IMG/VR virus record: IMGVR_UViG_3300025168_000199
Coordinates: 1 to 40,828 of that record
Source: a virus
Lineage: Duplodnaviria; Caudoviricetes
Length of the DNA: 40,828 bases
Strand: one strand, 5' to 3'
Of the stretch, positions 1 to 7,131 are shown in pieces. Made by a program: the position numbers and the translations under genes. The notes below the pieces were generated by a model. It had not been told where the DNA came from. It searched no databases and was given only the letters and a program-made list of their open reading frames with translations. Position 1 is the first letter of the stretch, and every line of letters starts with the position of its first letter.

Positions 1-149
1 AAGTATGAAAAGGTGCGTGCTTGTTTTTCACACCAGTGGTTCTATGCACAAGCTCAACCCAGAAAATCGAGTTCTTGGCTTGTTGGCTTTTTGAGTGCAT
101 AAGGGCGGTTTACAAATACTCGTATTACGGCTCACGGGGTTGAAAACCC
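1..149 (+). repeat. Terminal direct repeat, left copy (probably assembly circularisation overlap)
   Basis: Identical to 40680-40828 except A127 vs G40806. Confidence 0.95.
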
Positions 150-185
150 AAGAAGCCAAGAATGACATTTGAGAAGGAGCCACGG

Positions 186-473
186 ATGGCGAACCGCAAA
201 CACAAATACAATTTACTCTCGGGGACAGGAACGAATCAGAACGCAAAGTGGTATGTCGATAAGGATTGGTTCACGGTGGGGGAGGCTGCAAAGATTTTGA
301 TGGTGAGCCGAAACGCCGTGATCAGGTGGATTCACGAGGGGAAGGTCAAGGCGACGTTCCCGCCGATGACCGAGGGCGAGGGCAACTGGATGGTTCACTG
401 GTCGGGGATCGCAAACCCGCCAAATAAAAAACCCCCCCGAGCAACGGATGCCCGAGGGGGAACCAAAGGATAA
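186..473 (+). CDS. Excisionase/HTH_17 (MerR-like HTH) DNA-binding protein
   Basis: WFTVGEAAKILMVSRNAVIRWIHEGKVKA motif. AAGGAG RBS before ATG 186; alternative start at 162. Confidence 0.75.
   Translation: MANRKHKYNLLSGTGTNQNAKWYVDKDWFTVGEAAKILMVSRNAVIRWIHEGKVKATFPPMTEGEGNWMVHWSGIANPPNKKPPRATDARGGTKG
426..460 (-). terminator. Rho-independent terminator of the leftward early operon
   Basis: Minus strand reads CCCCCTCGGGCA-TCCGT-TGCTCGGGGGGG (12-bp stem with G-U pairs) then TTTTTT, just downstream of the stop at 484. Confidence 0.8.
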
Positions 474-483
474 AAGTAATTAG

Positions 484-723
484 TCAACCAGCGGGACCGT
501 TGAGCCACTTGGAGATGGCCTCGCCTCGTTTAACCATGATGTCCGACTGCGGCTTGCCAGCAAAGTGGATCATGTTCTCGGCCTCGTCCAGTAGTTCATC
601 AACTGTTCCGACGTAGTGTTGAGCGGCCAGTTCACTTGGGGCCATAGGCATCTCGTCGAGCCTCCCAGAGTAATCTTCGAGAATGTTGTTGTTCGCGTTT
701 ACGGTGACGATGTATCTGATCAT
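484..723 (-). CDS. Hypothetical early protein (79 aa)
   Basis: ORF with GGAGGCAACAATG start context (733->721). Confidence 0.7.
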   Translation of the reverse strand: MIRYIVTVNANNNILEDYSGRLDEMPMAPSELAAQHYVGTVDELLDEAENMIHFAGKPQSDIMVKRGEAISKWLNGPAG

Positions 724-743
724 TGTTGCCTCCAATGTTCTAA

Positions 744-917
744 CTAGTTTAGATCAAATTTCCAGCAGAAAGCAAGTAGTGCGATCTCCTCAAAGTTTGC
801 AAATTCGTTGTTCGTTTTCGTCAAGTACGCTTCGATCTTGTTCATGAGTCTGATCCGGTCTGCGTCTCTTGCGTCGCGGTGCCACCGTTGCCAAGCATCC
901 ATTACTTCAGGAATCAT
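744..917 (-). CDS. Hypothetical early protein (57 aa, MIPEVMDAWQRW...WKFDLN); not in the ORF track
   Basis: Read by hand. GGAGGG RBS 5 nt before ATG 917, TAG at 746-744, fills the operon gap. Confidence 0.65.
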   Translation of the reverse strand: MIPEVMDAWQRWHRDARDADRIRLMNKIEAYLTKTNNEFANFEEIALLAFCWKFDLN

Positions 918-1227
918 CGTGTCCCTCCAAGTCGATGATCAGGGACCGATGCTCGCTCCACAGTTTCTCGGTCGTGATTAGACGGTGCTTCCATCGGAGC
1001 CACTCCTTGTGAACTTGCCTGATGAAATCAACTTCCTCACGCGAGGCAAGTTTCAATTTGTCAGCGACCTGACTCAGCCATTTCGCGTCGATGATCCCAC
1101 ACTTGTGACGCTTACGCTCACTCATCTCGATTCCGTATGACCTGAGAATGCTCTCAAACGCTTGCACAATTTTTCTCGTGGTCTCCATGTCTTCTTGCCA
1201 CGATGGCTCTGGTTGGATAGCGATCAT
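907..1227 (-). CDS. Hypothetical early protein (106 aa)
   Basis: ATGA overlap with the upstream stop; GGAGGCAATG context upstream. Confidence 0.65.
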   Translation of the reverse strand: MIAIQPEPSWQEDMETTRKIVQAFESILRSYGIEMSERKRHKCGIIDAKWLSQVADKLKLASREEVDFIRQVHKEWLRWKHRLITTEKLWSEHRSLIIDLEGHDDS

Positions 1228-1535
1228 ATGTTCATTGCCTCCGTTGCACATTCGATCATAAGTGATTCGAGGGAAATGATCTTCGCCTCGTCGATCTGGT
1301 TGTTAGTGACTTTGAGAGTTGCGTAGTTAACATAGTCGTCATTTGTTTCCGAGTCGTGTATCGACATGCCGAGCGAAGTGATGAAGACATCGCAGTTCTT
1401 CACGAGCCTTACTTGGTTATTTGGATAGTCAATTTCATCTGACCAGATCACGGCCTCGAACTCCACGTCGTAGAAAACAATTGGACCGTCCTCGTGGTGT
1501 GCGATTGTTCCGTGGTAGGTTTTTGTATCGTTCAT
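1224..1535 (-). CDS. Hypothetical acidic early protein (103 aa, MNDTKTYHG...)
   Basis: Start defined by the 19-bp repeat at 1533-1551. Confidence 0.75.
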   Translation of the reverse strand: MNDTKTYHGTIAHHEDGPIVFYDVEFEAVIWSDEIDYPNNQVRLVKNCDVFITSLGMSIHDSETNDDYVNYATLKVTNNQIDEAKIISLESLMIECATEAMNI

Positions 1536-1588
1536 GTCGTTGCTCCTTTGGTTGGTGATAACTGGCACGCTCTGAGTGGCTCTGTGTT

Positions 1589-1825
1589 TTATGGAAGATC
1601 CCGCGTTGTTTCTCTTTCTGGGAAGAGATTGTAAAAGAAGTTGTATTTGAAAATGAACTGGTCAACGGCGTCTTCGGGGGTGCGAGCGTATTCCCGAATT
1701 TCGTGACCGGGAATGGTTGCCAAGAACTTACCGTACGTTGCATTGAATGATGTCCACACAGCCTGAACGTGACCAGAAGCATCTGTAACGTGGTGGCATG
1801 TTGGTTGGTAACTTTGATCGGTCAT
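1589..1825 (-). CDS. Hypothetical early protein (78 aa, MTDQSYQPTC...)
   Basis: Start defined by the repeat at 1823-1841. Confidence 0.7.
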   Translation of the reverse strand: MTDQSYQPTCHHVTDASGHVQAVWTSFNATYGKFLATIPGHEIREYARTPEDAVDQFIFKYNFFYNLFPERETTRDLP

Positions 1826-1850
1826 GTCATTGCTCCTTTGGGGGTTTGAA

Positions 1851-2159
1851 TCAAGCTCGTGCCGCGTCGCGGGCAATGATCAGTTCGATGGCCCGTATCT
1901 CACTATCGAGCGTCTGAATGAGCCTTAACTGTGAATCGATATCATTCGCGTGCAATGTGATCGCGCCAGATTGTTCTGCAATGAAGGTTGCAAACGACTG
2001 GTCATGTTCGACAACACTTTGCATCCGCACGAGGCTTTTAGCCATCTGGGATTTAAGACTGTTAATAATAATTCGGGCGTCTGCTCTCAGTTGTACAAGT
2101 TTGCTGATTTGAAAATAAAGGTCGCTTTGAATGGTTGCGTTCTTGCTGGTCTGGTTCAT
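1851..2159 (-). CDS. Helical/coiled-coil hypothetical protein (102 aa), paralog A
   Basis: Starts MNQTSKNATIQSDL like 2185-2493; start defined by the repeat. Confidence 0.8.
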   Translation of the reverse strand: MNQTSKNATIQSDLYFQISKLVQLRADARIIINSLKSQMAKSLVRMQSVVEHDQSFATFIAEQSGAITLHANDIDSQLRLIQTLDSEIRAIELIIARDAARA

Positions 2160-2184
2160 GTCGTGGCTCCTTTGGGGGTTTGGA

Positions 2185-2493
2185 TCAGTCTCGTTGAAGA
2201 ACAGGTCGCCGAACCGCGTCGCGGGCAAGGATATTGATGATGTAGTAGAGTTCGGATTCTTTCGTGTTCAATGCACGAGTGAGCGAGTCGATCTCGGCAG
2301 CCCCTTGGTACAAATTGGTGGGGTGCGGTCGTGCGTCATGCCTAAATCGCTTCGCAATCGCATCAACGTCGTCGGCGAAATTGACTGCGGCACGGTGGAC
2401 CATGAGTCGCAGTTCCTCCACTCGTTGTTCGAGAATGCTTTTCTGAAGGTTGAGGTCGCTTTGAATGGTTGCGTTCTTGCTGGTCTGGTTCAT
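2185..2493 (-). CDS. Helical/coiled-coil hypothetical protein (102 aa), paralog B
   Basis: Identical first 14 aa to paralog A and shared IDS..R....SE...ARDA pattern. Confidence 0.8.
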   Translation of the reverse strand: MNQTSKNATIQSDLNLQKSILEQRVEELRLMVHRAAVNFADDVDAIAKRFRHDARPHPTNLYQGAAEIDSLTRALNTKESELYYIINILARDAVRRPVLQRD

Positions 2494-2514
2494 GTCGTTG
2501 CTCCTTTGGTTGGT

Positions 2515-3384
2515 TCAGTTGTTCGTGATGCCGTGTGCGGGCATGGGCTGCTGGAAAACACCAGCCTTAGTTGGTCGCTTGAAGAAGCCGAACTTCTCGT
2601 CCTTGTCGGACACGGTGATGGCTGCGTCGAATTGGATCTCGTCGCCGACTGCCAGCGTCTCGATGACGTTAGTTGGAGCCGTTCCCCAGACGCACCAGCC
2701 GCCTTCGTTCGACTTGACGACCATGTTCCATTTGCACCAGTCCTCGTCAAACTTCTTGCTGACGACCTTACCGACAATCGTGGTGCGGCCCTTGAAGTTC
2801 GGGATCGGATCAGCGGCGGCCTTTTCGTTGGCGATGCGTTGTTCGCGAATCAGGCGTTCGTCCCACTGCTTGAGCAGCGTTCCCAGAAAAGTGACCTGTG
2901 CGTCACTGATCTTGCCGTAGCGTACGAGTTTGCCAACGATGTCCGCGATGATCTGGCAGGTGTCGTCGTCCTCGTTCGCAGGATCGTAGTGGTTCCAACA
3001 GGCTTCGAGGCCGTTGTCAGCGAGAACCTGCTCGGCGTTGCGAATGCGGCTAACTCGCTTGATTGCGTCGTTCTGTTTCTTGGTGTTTCTGAGGATGGTG
3101 TCGCCCGCCGCACTGTTAACCCTGTCACCGCATATGTGACCAAGCCAAACGTATTCGTTCGTCTTGGCGTGGTAGAAAACACCCCAGTTGAAGCATGTCT
3201 CTTGGCCGCATGAGCCGCAGCGGTGTTCGCCTCCGAATACCAAACCACTGGTCTTCGCCATGTGTTTATTGATACCTCTGATGTCATCACCGACATGGTC
3301 GGTCGGGCCTGTGTACAGGTAGCCGATGTACTCGTAGTCGGCGGGTATGAGGTTTGACGGGCAGTGTGGATCTGTGCGTTTCAT
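2515..3384 (-). CDS. Early protein (289 aa) with a Cys/His zinc-binding N-part and a C-terminal OB-fold-like domain
   Basis: CGSCG...GHICG motif; C-terminal GRTTIVGKVVSKK...VWGT...VGDEIQFDA...FGFFKRP pattern. Start defined by the repeat at 3382-3400. Confidence 0.7.
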   Translation of the reverse strand: MKRTDPHCPSNLIPADYEYIGYLYTGPTDHVGDDIRGINKHMAKTSGLVFGGEHRCGSCGQETCFNWGVFYHAKTNEYVWLGHICGDRVNSAAGDTILRNTKKQNDAIKRVSRIRNAEQVLADNGLEACWNHYDPANEDDDTCQIIADIVGKLVRYGKISDAQVTFLGTLLKQWDERLIREQRIANEKAAADPIPNFKGRTTIVGKVVSKKFDEDWCKWNMVVKSNEGGWCVWGTAPTNVIETLAVGDEIQFDAAITVSDKDEKFGFFKRPTKAGVFQQPMPAHGITNN

Positions 3385-3429
3385 GTCGTTGCTCCTTTGG
3401 CTCGGAGAGGAAGTCCCTCCGACACCAGA

Positions 3430-3494
3430 AGTATACACGCATATGCATACTAATGTAGCCTAGTGCCTGCTAAAACCTAATAAAGCCTACGAAA
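3430..3494. promoter_or_regulatory. Leftward early promoter region with a 10-bp direct-repeat operator array
   Basis: TATACT -10 on the minus strand (3435-3430). Repeats GCATACTAAT 3445, GCCTGCTAAA 3465, ACCTAATAAA 3475, GCCTACGAAA 3485. Confidence 0.6.
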
Positions 3495-3501
3495 CGCATT
3501 A

Positions 3502-3530
3502 TAAACAGGGTTTTATTGCTCTGATATAGT
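3502..3530 (+). promoter_or_regulatory. Rightward sigma70-type promoter with extended -10
   Basis: TAAACA (3502-3507), 17-nt spacer, TG-n-TATAGT (3522-3530). Confidence 0.6.
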
Positions 3531-3536
3531 CTCGCC

Positions 3537-3914
3537 ATGCCATCATCGCCCACAGCACGGACGCTGGAGCGGTTGCGGCGTGACGGCTATCTCTCTCAGG
3601 TGGTCGAACGCTGGAACCCTCACGCTCGAATCCGACAGGATCTGTTCGGGGTCATCGACGTGCTGGCGATCAACGACGAGGTCACGATCGGTGTCCAAGC
3701 CACGACCATGAGTGGACGCTCATCCCACGTCAAGAAGATCATGGAATCGACAGCGGCGGTGACGTGGACATCCGCACCACAACGCGAATTGGAACTGTGG
3801 TGCTGGAGGAAGCTCAAGAATCGATGGAGAGTGCATAGGACGTTCTTCGGGGTCAACGACTCACTACAGGAACTGGAGATCGTCAGGGAGGACCGAGGGC
3901 TGCCTGATGGGTGA
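3537..3914 (+). CDS. PD-(D/E)xK-type nuclease, Holliday-junction-resolvase-like
   Basis: RQDLFGVIDVLAI...TIGVQATT restriction-endonuclease-like motif with Q in place of E. Confidence 0.7.
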   Translation: MPSSPTARTLERLRRDGYLSQVVERWNPHARIRQDLFGVIDVLAINDEVTIGVQATTMSGRSSHVKKIMESTAAVTWTSAPQRELELWCWRKLKNRWRVHRTFFGVNDSLQELEIVREDRGLPDG

Positions 3915-4173
3915 CCAGATCGAAGAGTCCAAGCGAAGACGCACGCTCATCATCCAGACAGTCAAACTGTTCGTGATGGAGAACGGCTACTGGCCCTCGG
4001 TTATGGATATCAGCCGTGAGACCGACATCCCCGAATCATCCGCGAGAAGACATGTGATGATGTTGGTTCATCAAGAAGTGTTGCAGATTGCTAACGGTGA
4101 ACGCGGCATCACGCTTGGCCTTCCTGAAATAACAAATCAGAAAATCTGGAGAAAAGACGGTGACGATGCTTGA
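3907..4173 (+). CDS. LexA N-terminal-like winged-HTH protein without a peptidase domain
   Basis: ENGYWPSVMDISRETDIPESSARRHVMML resembles the LexA DNA-binding domain. Confidence 0.7.
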   Translation: MGDQIEESKRRRTLIIQTVKLFVMENGYWPSVMDISRETDIPESSARRHVMMLVHQEVLQIANGERGITLGLPEITNQKIWRKDGDDA

Positions 4174-4197
4174 CGGAAGTTCTGTATCTCGTATAAG
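4170..4197 (+). promoter_or_regulatory. Possible sigma70-type promoter
   Basis: TTGACG, 16-nt spacer, TATAAG upstream of the membrane-protein cluster. Confidence 0.35.
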
Positions 4198-4229
4198 CAC
4201 TCTGGGAATCGTCGCGATGGAGTTGATGA

Positions 4230-4469
4230 ATGACACGCGATAATGGATCGAACATAGTTCGGTTGTCTTTTCAAGACTGGCTCGTCCTCATGGGGATCAT
4301 CGCTCCAATAGCGATTGCAGTCGTGATGACAACACTCAGCGAGCAACGCGAACTGGGTGTGAAAATGGAAACGGTCATCGTCCAGCAGGAGGTGATCGAC
4401 GAGAGAGTGCGACGAGTCGAAGGGACTCTCGACTCTCTCTTGTTGCATGACACGGGATTTAGTAGATGA
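4230..4469 (+). CDS. Single-TM plus coiled-coil membrane protein (holin/antiholin-like)
   Basis: Hydrophobic WLVLMGIIAPIAIAVVMTTL followed by a heptad-like segment. Confidence 0.6.
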   Translation: MTRDNGSNIVRLSFQDWLVLMGIIAPIAIAVVMTTLSEQRELGVKMETVIVQQEVIDERVRRVEGTLDSLLLHDTGFSR

Positions 4470-5011
4470 TTGACGTTTCACGAATCCACGGCACGGCCTT
4501 CTCGGGCTTGTGCCTCACGACTCTGGCGGGGTGCGTGAGCGCGAGCAGTTTGAAACACGCCTCCGTTTCATCCCTCGCTGCTCCCCTCGCTGGAGACCCT
4601 GAACATTTAGCCAACCTCGCGACAAGTGCAGGGGCATTGTGGCCGCTGAGCATCGGAGGATTGGTTGCCATTCTCGCGGCCATCGTTGCGTGGTTCATAG
4701 GCTCGCGAGCGTCAGCCATCGGCTTGCTCGTCATTGGCATCGCGATATGCGTGGCTCCCGTTTTCCTGCTGGATGTACTGACACACTTGTCTATACCTCT
4801 TGCGGTGATCCTCGGGATTGCAGGAGTCGCAACGCTTGCCTATTACCTCGGAGCGTTGTGGCAGAAATGGAAGATCAACAAGAATCTCACGCAACGTGCG
4901 GAGTACATCGAAGACACCGCGAACTTCGCAGAGTTGACAGCAGGATCAGTCGGTCGTGTCCTTCGTGGGATCGATCGCAAGGACTTCAACCCAAGGAAGA
5001 AGATCAGATGA
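4466..5011 (+). CDS. Multi-TM membrane protein with a lipobox-like LAGC (lysis-associated candidate)
   Basis: LTTLAGC followed by three hydrophobic segments and a basic C-terminus. Confidence 0.6.
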   Translation: MIDVSRIHGTAFSGLCLTTLAGCVSASSLKHASVSSLAAPLAGDPEHLANLATSAGALWPLSIGGLVAILAAIVAWFIGSRASAIGLLVIGIAICVAPVFLLDVLTHLSIPLAVILGIAGVATLAYYLGALWQKWKINKNLTQRAEYIEDTANFAELTAGSVGRVLRGIDRKDFNPRKKIR

Positions 5012-5118
5012 CATACGCACTACTCGTAGCATGCTCACTGGCCGCTGGCTCACTGCTTCAAGCGTGGGGCTTCTGGGCGTGGCTCGGATCAATCGCACCG
5101 TGGGGGAAGAACAACTGA
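5008..5118 (+). CDS. Small hydrophobic peptide (36 aa, MTYALLVACSLAAG...GKNN)
   Basis: ATGA overlap with the upstream stop and TGATG overlap with the downstream start. Confidence 0.55.
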   Translation: MTYALLVACSLAAGSLLQAWGFWAWLGSIAPWGKNN

Positions 5119-5798
5119 TGCCGACCGTTACCCTACAACCTACAGAAGCGAAGCAGATCGACGCATTTGTACAGGACGGCTCAACAACCGACAGGTCCAC
5201 AAGCGAGGGCTTGCGAGTTGGATTTGCCTCCAACAGCAAAGAGTATCGCACTCTCATGGAGTGGGACTTGTCACAGGTGTTGCCAAAGAGCATTTCGGCT
5301 ACTGGAATCAGAAGCGTTACGCTCACAATGAATCACAAGGAAGACACTAACTTCAGATCGACTCACACCAAGGACTTGTACATACAAGTCGTCAATGGGT
5401 CTTTTTCAGAGGCAACGACTTGGGTGTACCGCGATGGATCATCGGAAGCGTGGACAGCAGCAGGGGGCGACGTGCAAGTGGCTCCCGGCACATACACGCA
5501 GACGTACACCGGGGACAGCGACCTAGTAGTCACATCCAGTGACGCTAGTTCAGGGAACCTGTTGCACTTCATGCGTGACGCGATCACCAACGAAGGAATG
5601 AAACTTCGCATTCGCATCAGCATGGTTTCGGGTGGAACGAACAGAAATGTTAACTTCTGGAGCGCGAATGCTGGTTCAGAATCAGACCGACCGAAACTAG
5701 ATATCACATACACGGGAGTTCCCGGCATCGGGTTCAAGACCGTTACAACCAGACTGTCCAGCCTGCGACGACGAAAACGTGCGGGCCGCAAGAAATAG
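5118..5798 (+). CDS. DNRLRE/CBM96-like beta-sandwich protein with a basic C-terminal tail; candidate carbohydrate-binding virion protein
   Basis: IDAFVQ...LRVG...YRTLMEWDLS...ATTW...WTAAGGD...FWS...RPKLDITY pattern. Confidence 0.7.
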   Translation: MPTVTLQPTEAKQIDAFVQDGSTTDRSTSEGLRVGFASNSKEYRTLMEWDLSQVLPKSISATGIRSVTLTMNHKEDTNFRSTHTKDLYIQVVNGSFSEATTWVYRDGSSEAWTAAGGDVQVAPGTYTQTYTGDSDLVVTSSDASSGNLLHFMRDAITNEGMKLRIRISMVSGGTNRNVNFWSANAGSESDRPKLDITYTGVPGIGFKTVTTRLSSLRRRKRAGRKK

Positions 5799-5809
5799 AG
5801 AGAACAGAG

Positions 5810-6208
5810 ATGACGACAGCAATCACCGCAGAACTACACAACCACGACATGATGATCGTGCAGGCAACGCTGCTTGCTAACGCCAGTGGCGACGCCACAA
5901 TTCAGACGGCCAACGAGTACAAGGGATTTATCGTCAAGATCAAGGTGGACCCCACGACCGGAAGCACCGCACCCACGGCCAACTGGGATCTGTACGTCAC
6001 CGATGATTACCTCACCGGCACAGATGGGGAAATCCCTGATGTATTGGGTCTGGTTGGAAAAGACCGCCACACGACTTTAATTCAGTCGCTGGAACAGGAC
6101 GACCTGCACAACGGTGCAGCGTGCCACGGCAAACTTACCATTGTCGGTGACGTGATGGGCAACGCGGGCGACGCGACCGTGACCCTGTACATCCTGCGTG
6201 TAGTTTGA
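5810..6208 (+). CDS. Hypothetical beta-rich protein, possibly virion-associated
   Basis: 132-aa T/A/G/D-rich ORF within the operon. Confidence 0.65.
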   Translation: MTTAITAELHNHDMMIVQATLLANASGDATIQTANEYKGFIVKIKVDPTTGSTAPTANWDLYVTDDYLTGTDGEIPDVLGLVGKDRHTTLIQSLEQDDLHNGAACHGKLTIVGDVMGNAGDATVTLYILRVV

Positions 6209-6209
6209 T

Positions 6210-6377
6210 ATGGCAAAGAAGAAAGTAAAGCGTCCCGGCCTGTACGCAAACATCAACGCGAAGCGAAAACGTATCAAGGCGGGCAGTGGAGAAACGATGC
6301 GAAAGAAGGGGGCCAAGGGAGCGCCCAAGGCTGGCTCCTTCAAGCGTAGTGCGAGGACTGCAAAGAAGAAACGCTGA
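6210..6377 (+). CDS. Small very basic protein (55 aa, MAKKKVKRPGLYANINAKRKRIKAGSGETMRKKG...); not in the ORF track
   Basis: Read by hand. TGATG coupling to the next gene. I recall the GLYANI.AKR motif from aquatic phage basic proteins. Confidence 0.75.
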   Translation: MAKKKVKRPGLYANINAKRKRIKAGSGETMRKKGAKGAPKAGSFKRSARTAKKKR

Positions 6378-6649
6378 TGGCAAAGAAGGTCACAAAGCGA
6401 GGCTCGATGAAGGGCATGTCGGTCAAGAGTGGCGACAAGCGATCTGTCAAGGCAGGCGCTGGCATGACGAAGAAGGGTGTCGCGAAATATCGACGCAAGA
6501 ACCCCGGCAGCAAACTCAAGACCGCAGTGACTGGAAAAGTAAAGCGTGGCAGTAAGGCCGCCGGGCGTCGTAAATCTTTCTGTGCAAGGTCACAGGGGTG
6601 GACCGGGACACGCGGTAAGGCAGCAAGAAAAAGGTGGAAGTGCAGATGA
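6377..6649 (+). CDS. Small basic protein, DUF6321-like
   Basis: GMTKKGVAKYRRKNPGSKLKTAV...RRKSFCAR...RWKC motif. Confidence 0.75.
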   Translation: MAKKVTKRGSMKGMSVKSGDKRSVKAGAGMTKKGVAKYRRKNPGSKLKTAVTGKVKRGSKAAGRRKSFCARSQGWTGTRGKAARKRWKCR

Positions 6650-7131
6650 AAGAATCAAACGATCAGCCACGCGAATACTCGACCCTGACCGAGAACCAGA
6701 TCAACTTCCTGAGAGCATTTGAAATCTGCGGGGTTATCAGTGAGGCGGCGCGGCGTGCCAACGTCGATCGAACGCGGCACTACAACTGGCTCAAGGAATC
6801 AGACGACTATCGCGATTGCTTTGATCAGGCCAAGGCGGCGTGCGGCGAACGTATCATCGCCAAGTGTCGGCACATGGCACTGGAGCAGGACAACGTCCCG
6901 ATGCTCATTCACTTGAGCAAGGGCTACTTCCCTGAGATGTTTGGAACTAGGCGTCACGAGATCAGTGGACCCGGTGGTGGTCCGATCACAAGCCAATCGA
7001 TGAGTGGAAGCACAAGCCGATTGCAAGAGAGACTTAATGCGTTACGAGAACGGTGCGAGCGAGAAGGCTCATCCATTGACCTACGAGATCTTTTGGATCG
7101 ACGAGGTGAGTGGTTGGCCGATAGCGACTGA
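6646..7131 (+). CDS. terS: Terminase small subunit (HTH)
   Basis: QINFLRAFEICGVISEAARRANVDRTRHYNWL HTH and HEISGPGGGPI C-terminal motif, immediately upstream of TerL. Confidence 0.8.
   Translation: MKESNDQPREYSTLTENQINFLRAFEICGVISEAARRANVDRTRHYNWLKESDDYRDCFDQAKAACGERIIAKCRHMALEQDNVPMLIHLSKGYFPEMFGTRRHEISGPGGGPITSQSMSGSTSRLQERLNALRERCEREGSSIDLRDLLDRRGEWLADSD

Larger units (their letters stand above)
1533..3400 (-). repeat. Five start-associated repeats CCAAAGGAGCAACGACATG at 1533-1551, 1823-1841, 2157-2175, 2491-2509 and 3382-3400
   Basis: Three exact copies and two with one mismatch. Each contains the SD and the ATG of a gene. A sixth copy with a 1-nt insertion lies at 35880-35899 on the + strand. 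Confidence 0.95.

Noticed and set aside
5-170. Short ORFs after the DnaC-like gene (29 aa at 5-94 and a following GTG ORF)
   Set aside because: They are too short and featureless to support, although the ATGA overlap at 40684 leaves the first one possible.
2119-2509. 57-bp duplication as a DGR template/variable repeat
   Set aside because: There is only one mismatch, it lies at gene starts rather than C-termini, and no reverse transcriptase is encoded.
2131-3213. 360-aa plus-strand ORF
   Set aside because: It is antisense to three well-supported minus-strand genes, with no RBS or recognisable motif; most likely a codon-bias shadow.
1533-3400. Repeat array as a CRISPR or integron attC array
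   Set aside because: Intervals are 290-891 bp and are whole ORFs. The repeats are non-palindromic SD+ATG units. No cas or integron integrase gene is present.
4956-5117. N-terminal extension of the DNRLRE ORF as called in the track; likewise the extended starts at 10244, 17058, 23098, 35849, 36882 and 39908
   Set aside because: Downstream ATGs have better RBS or stop-start coupling, and the extensions overlap other genes or terminators.
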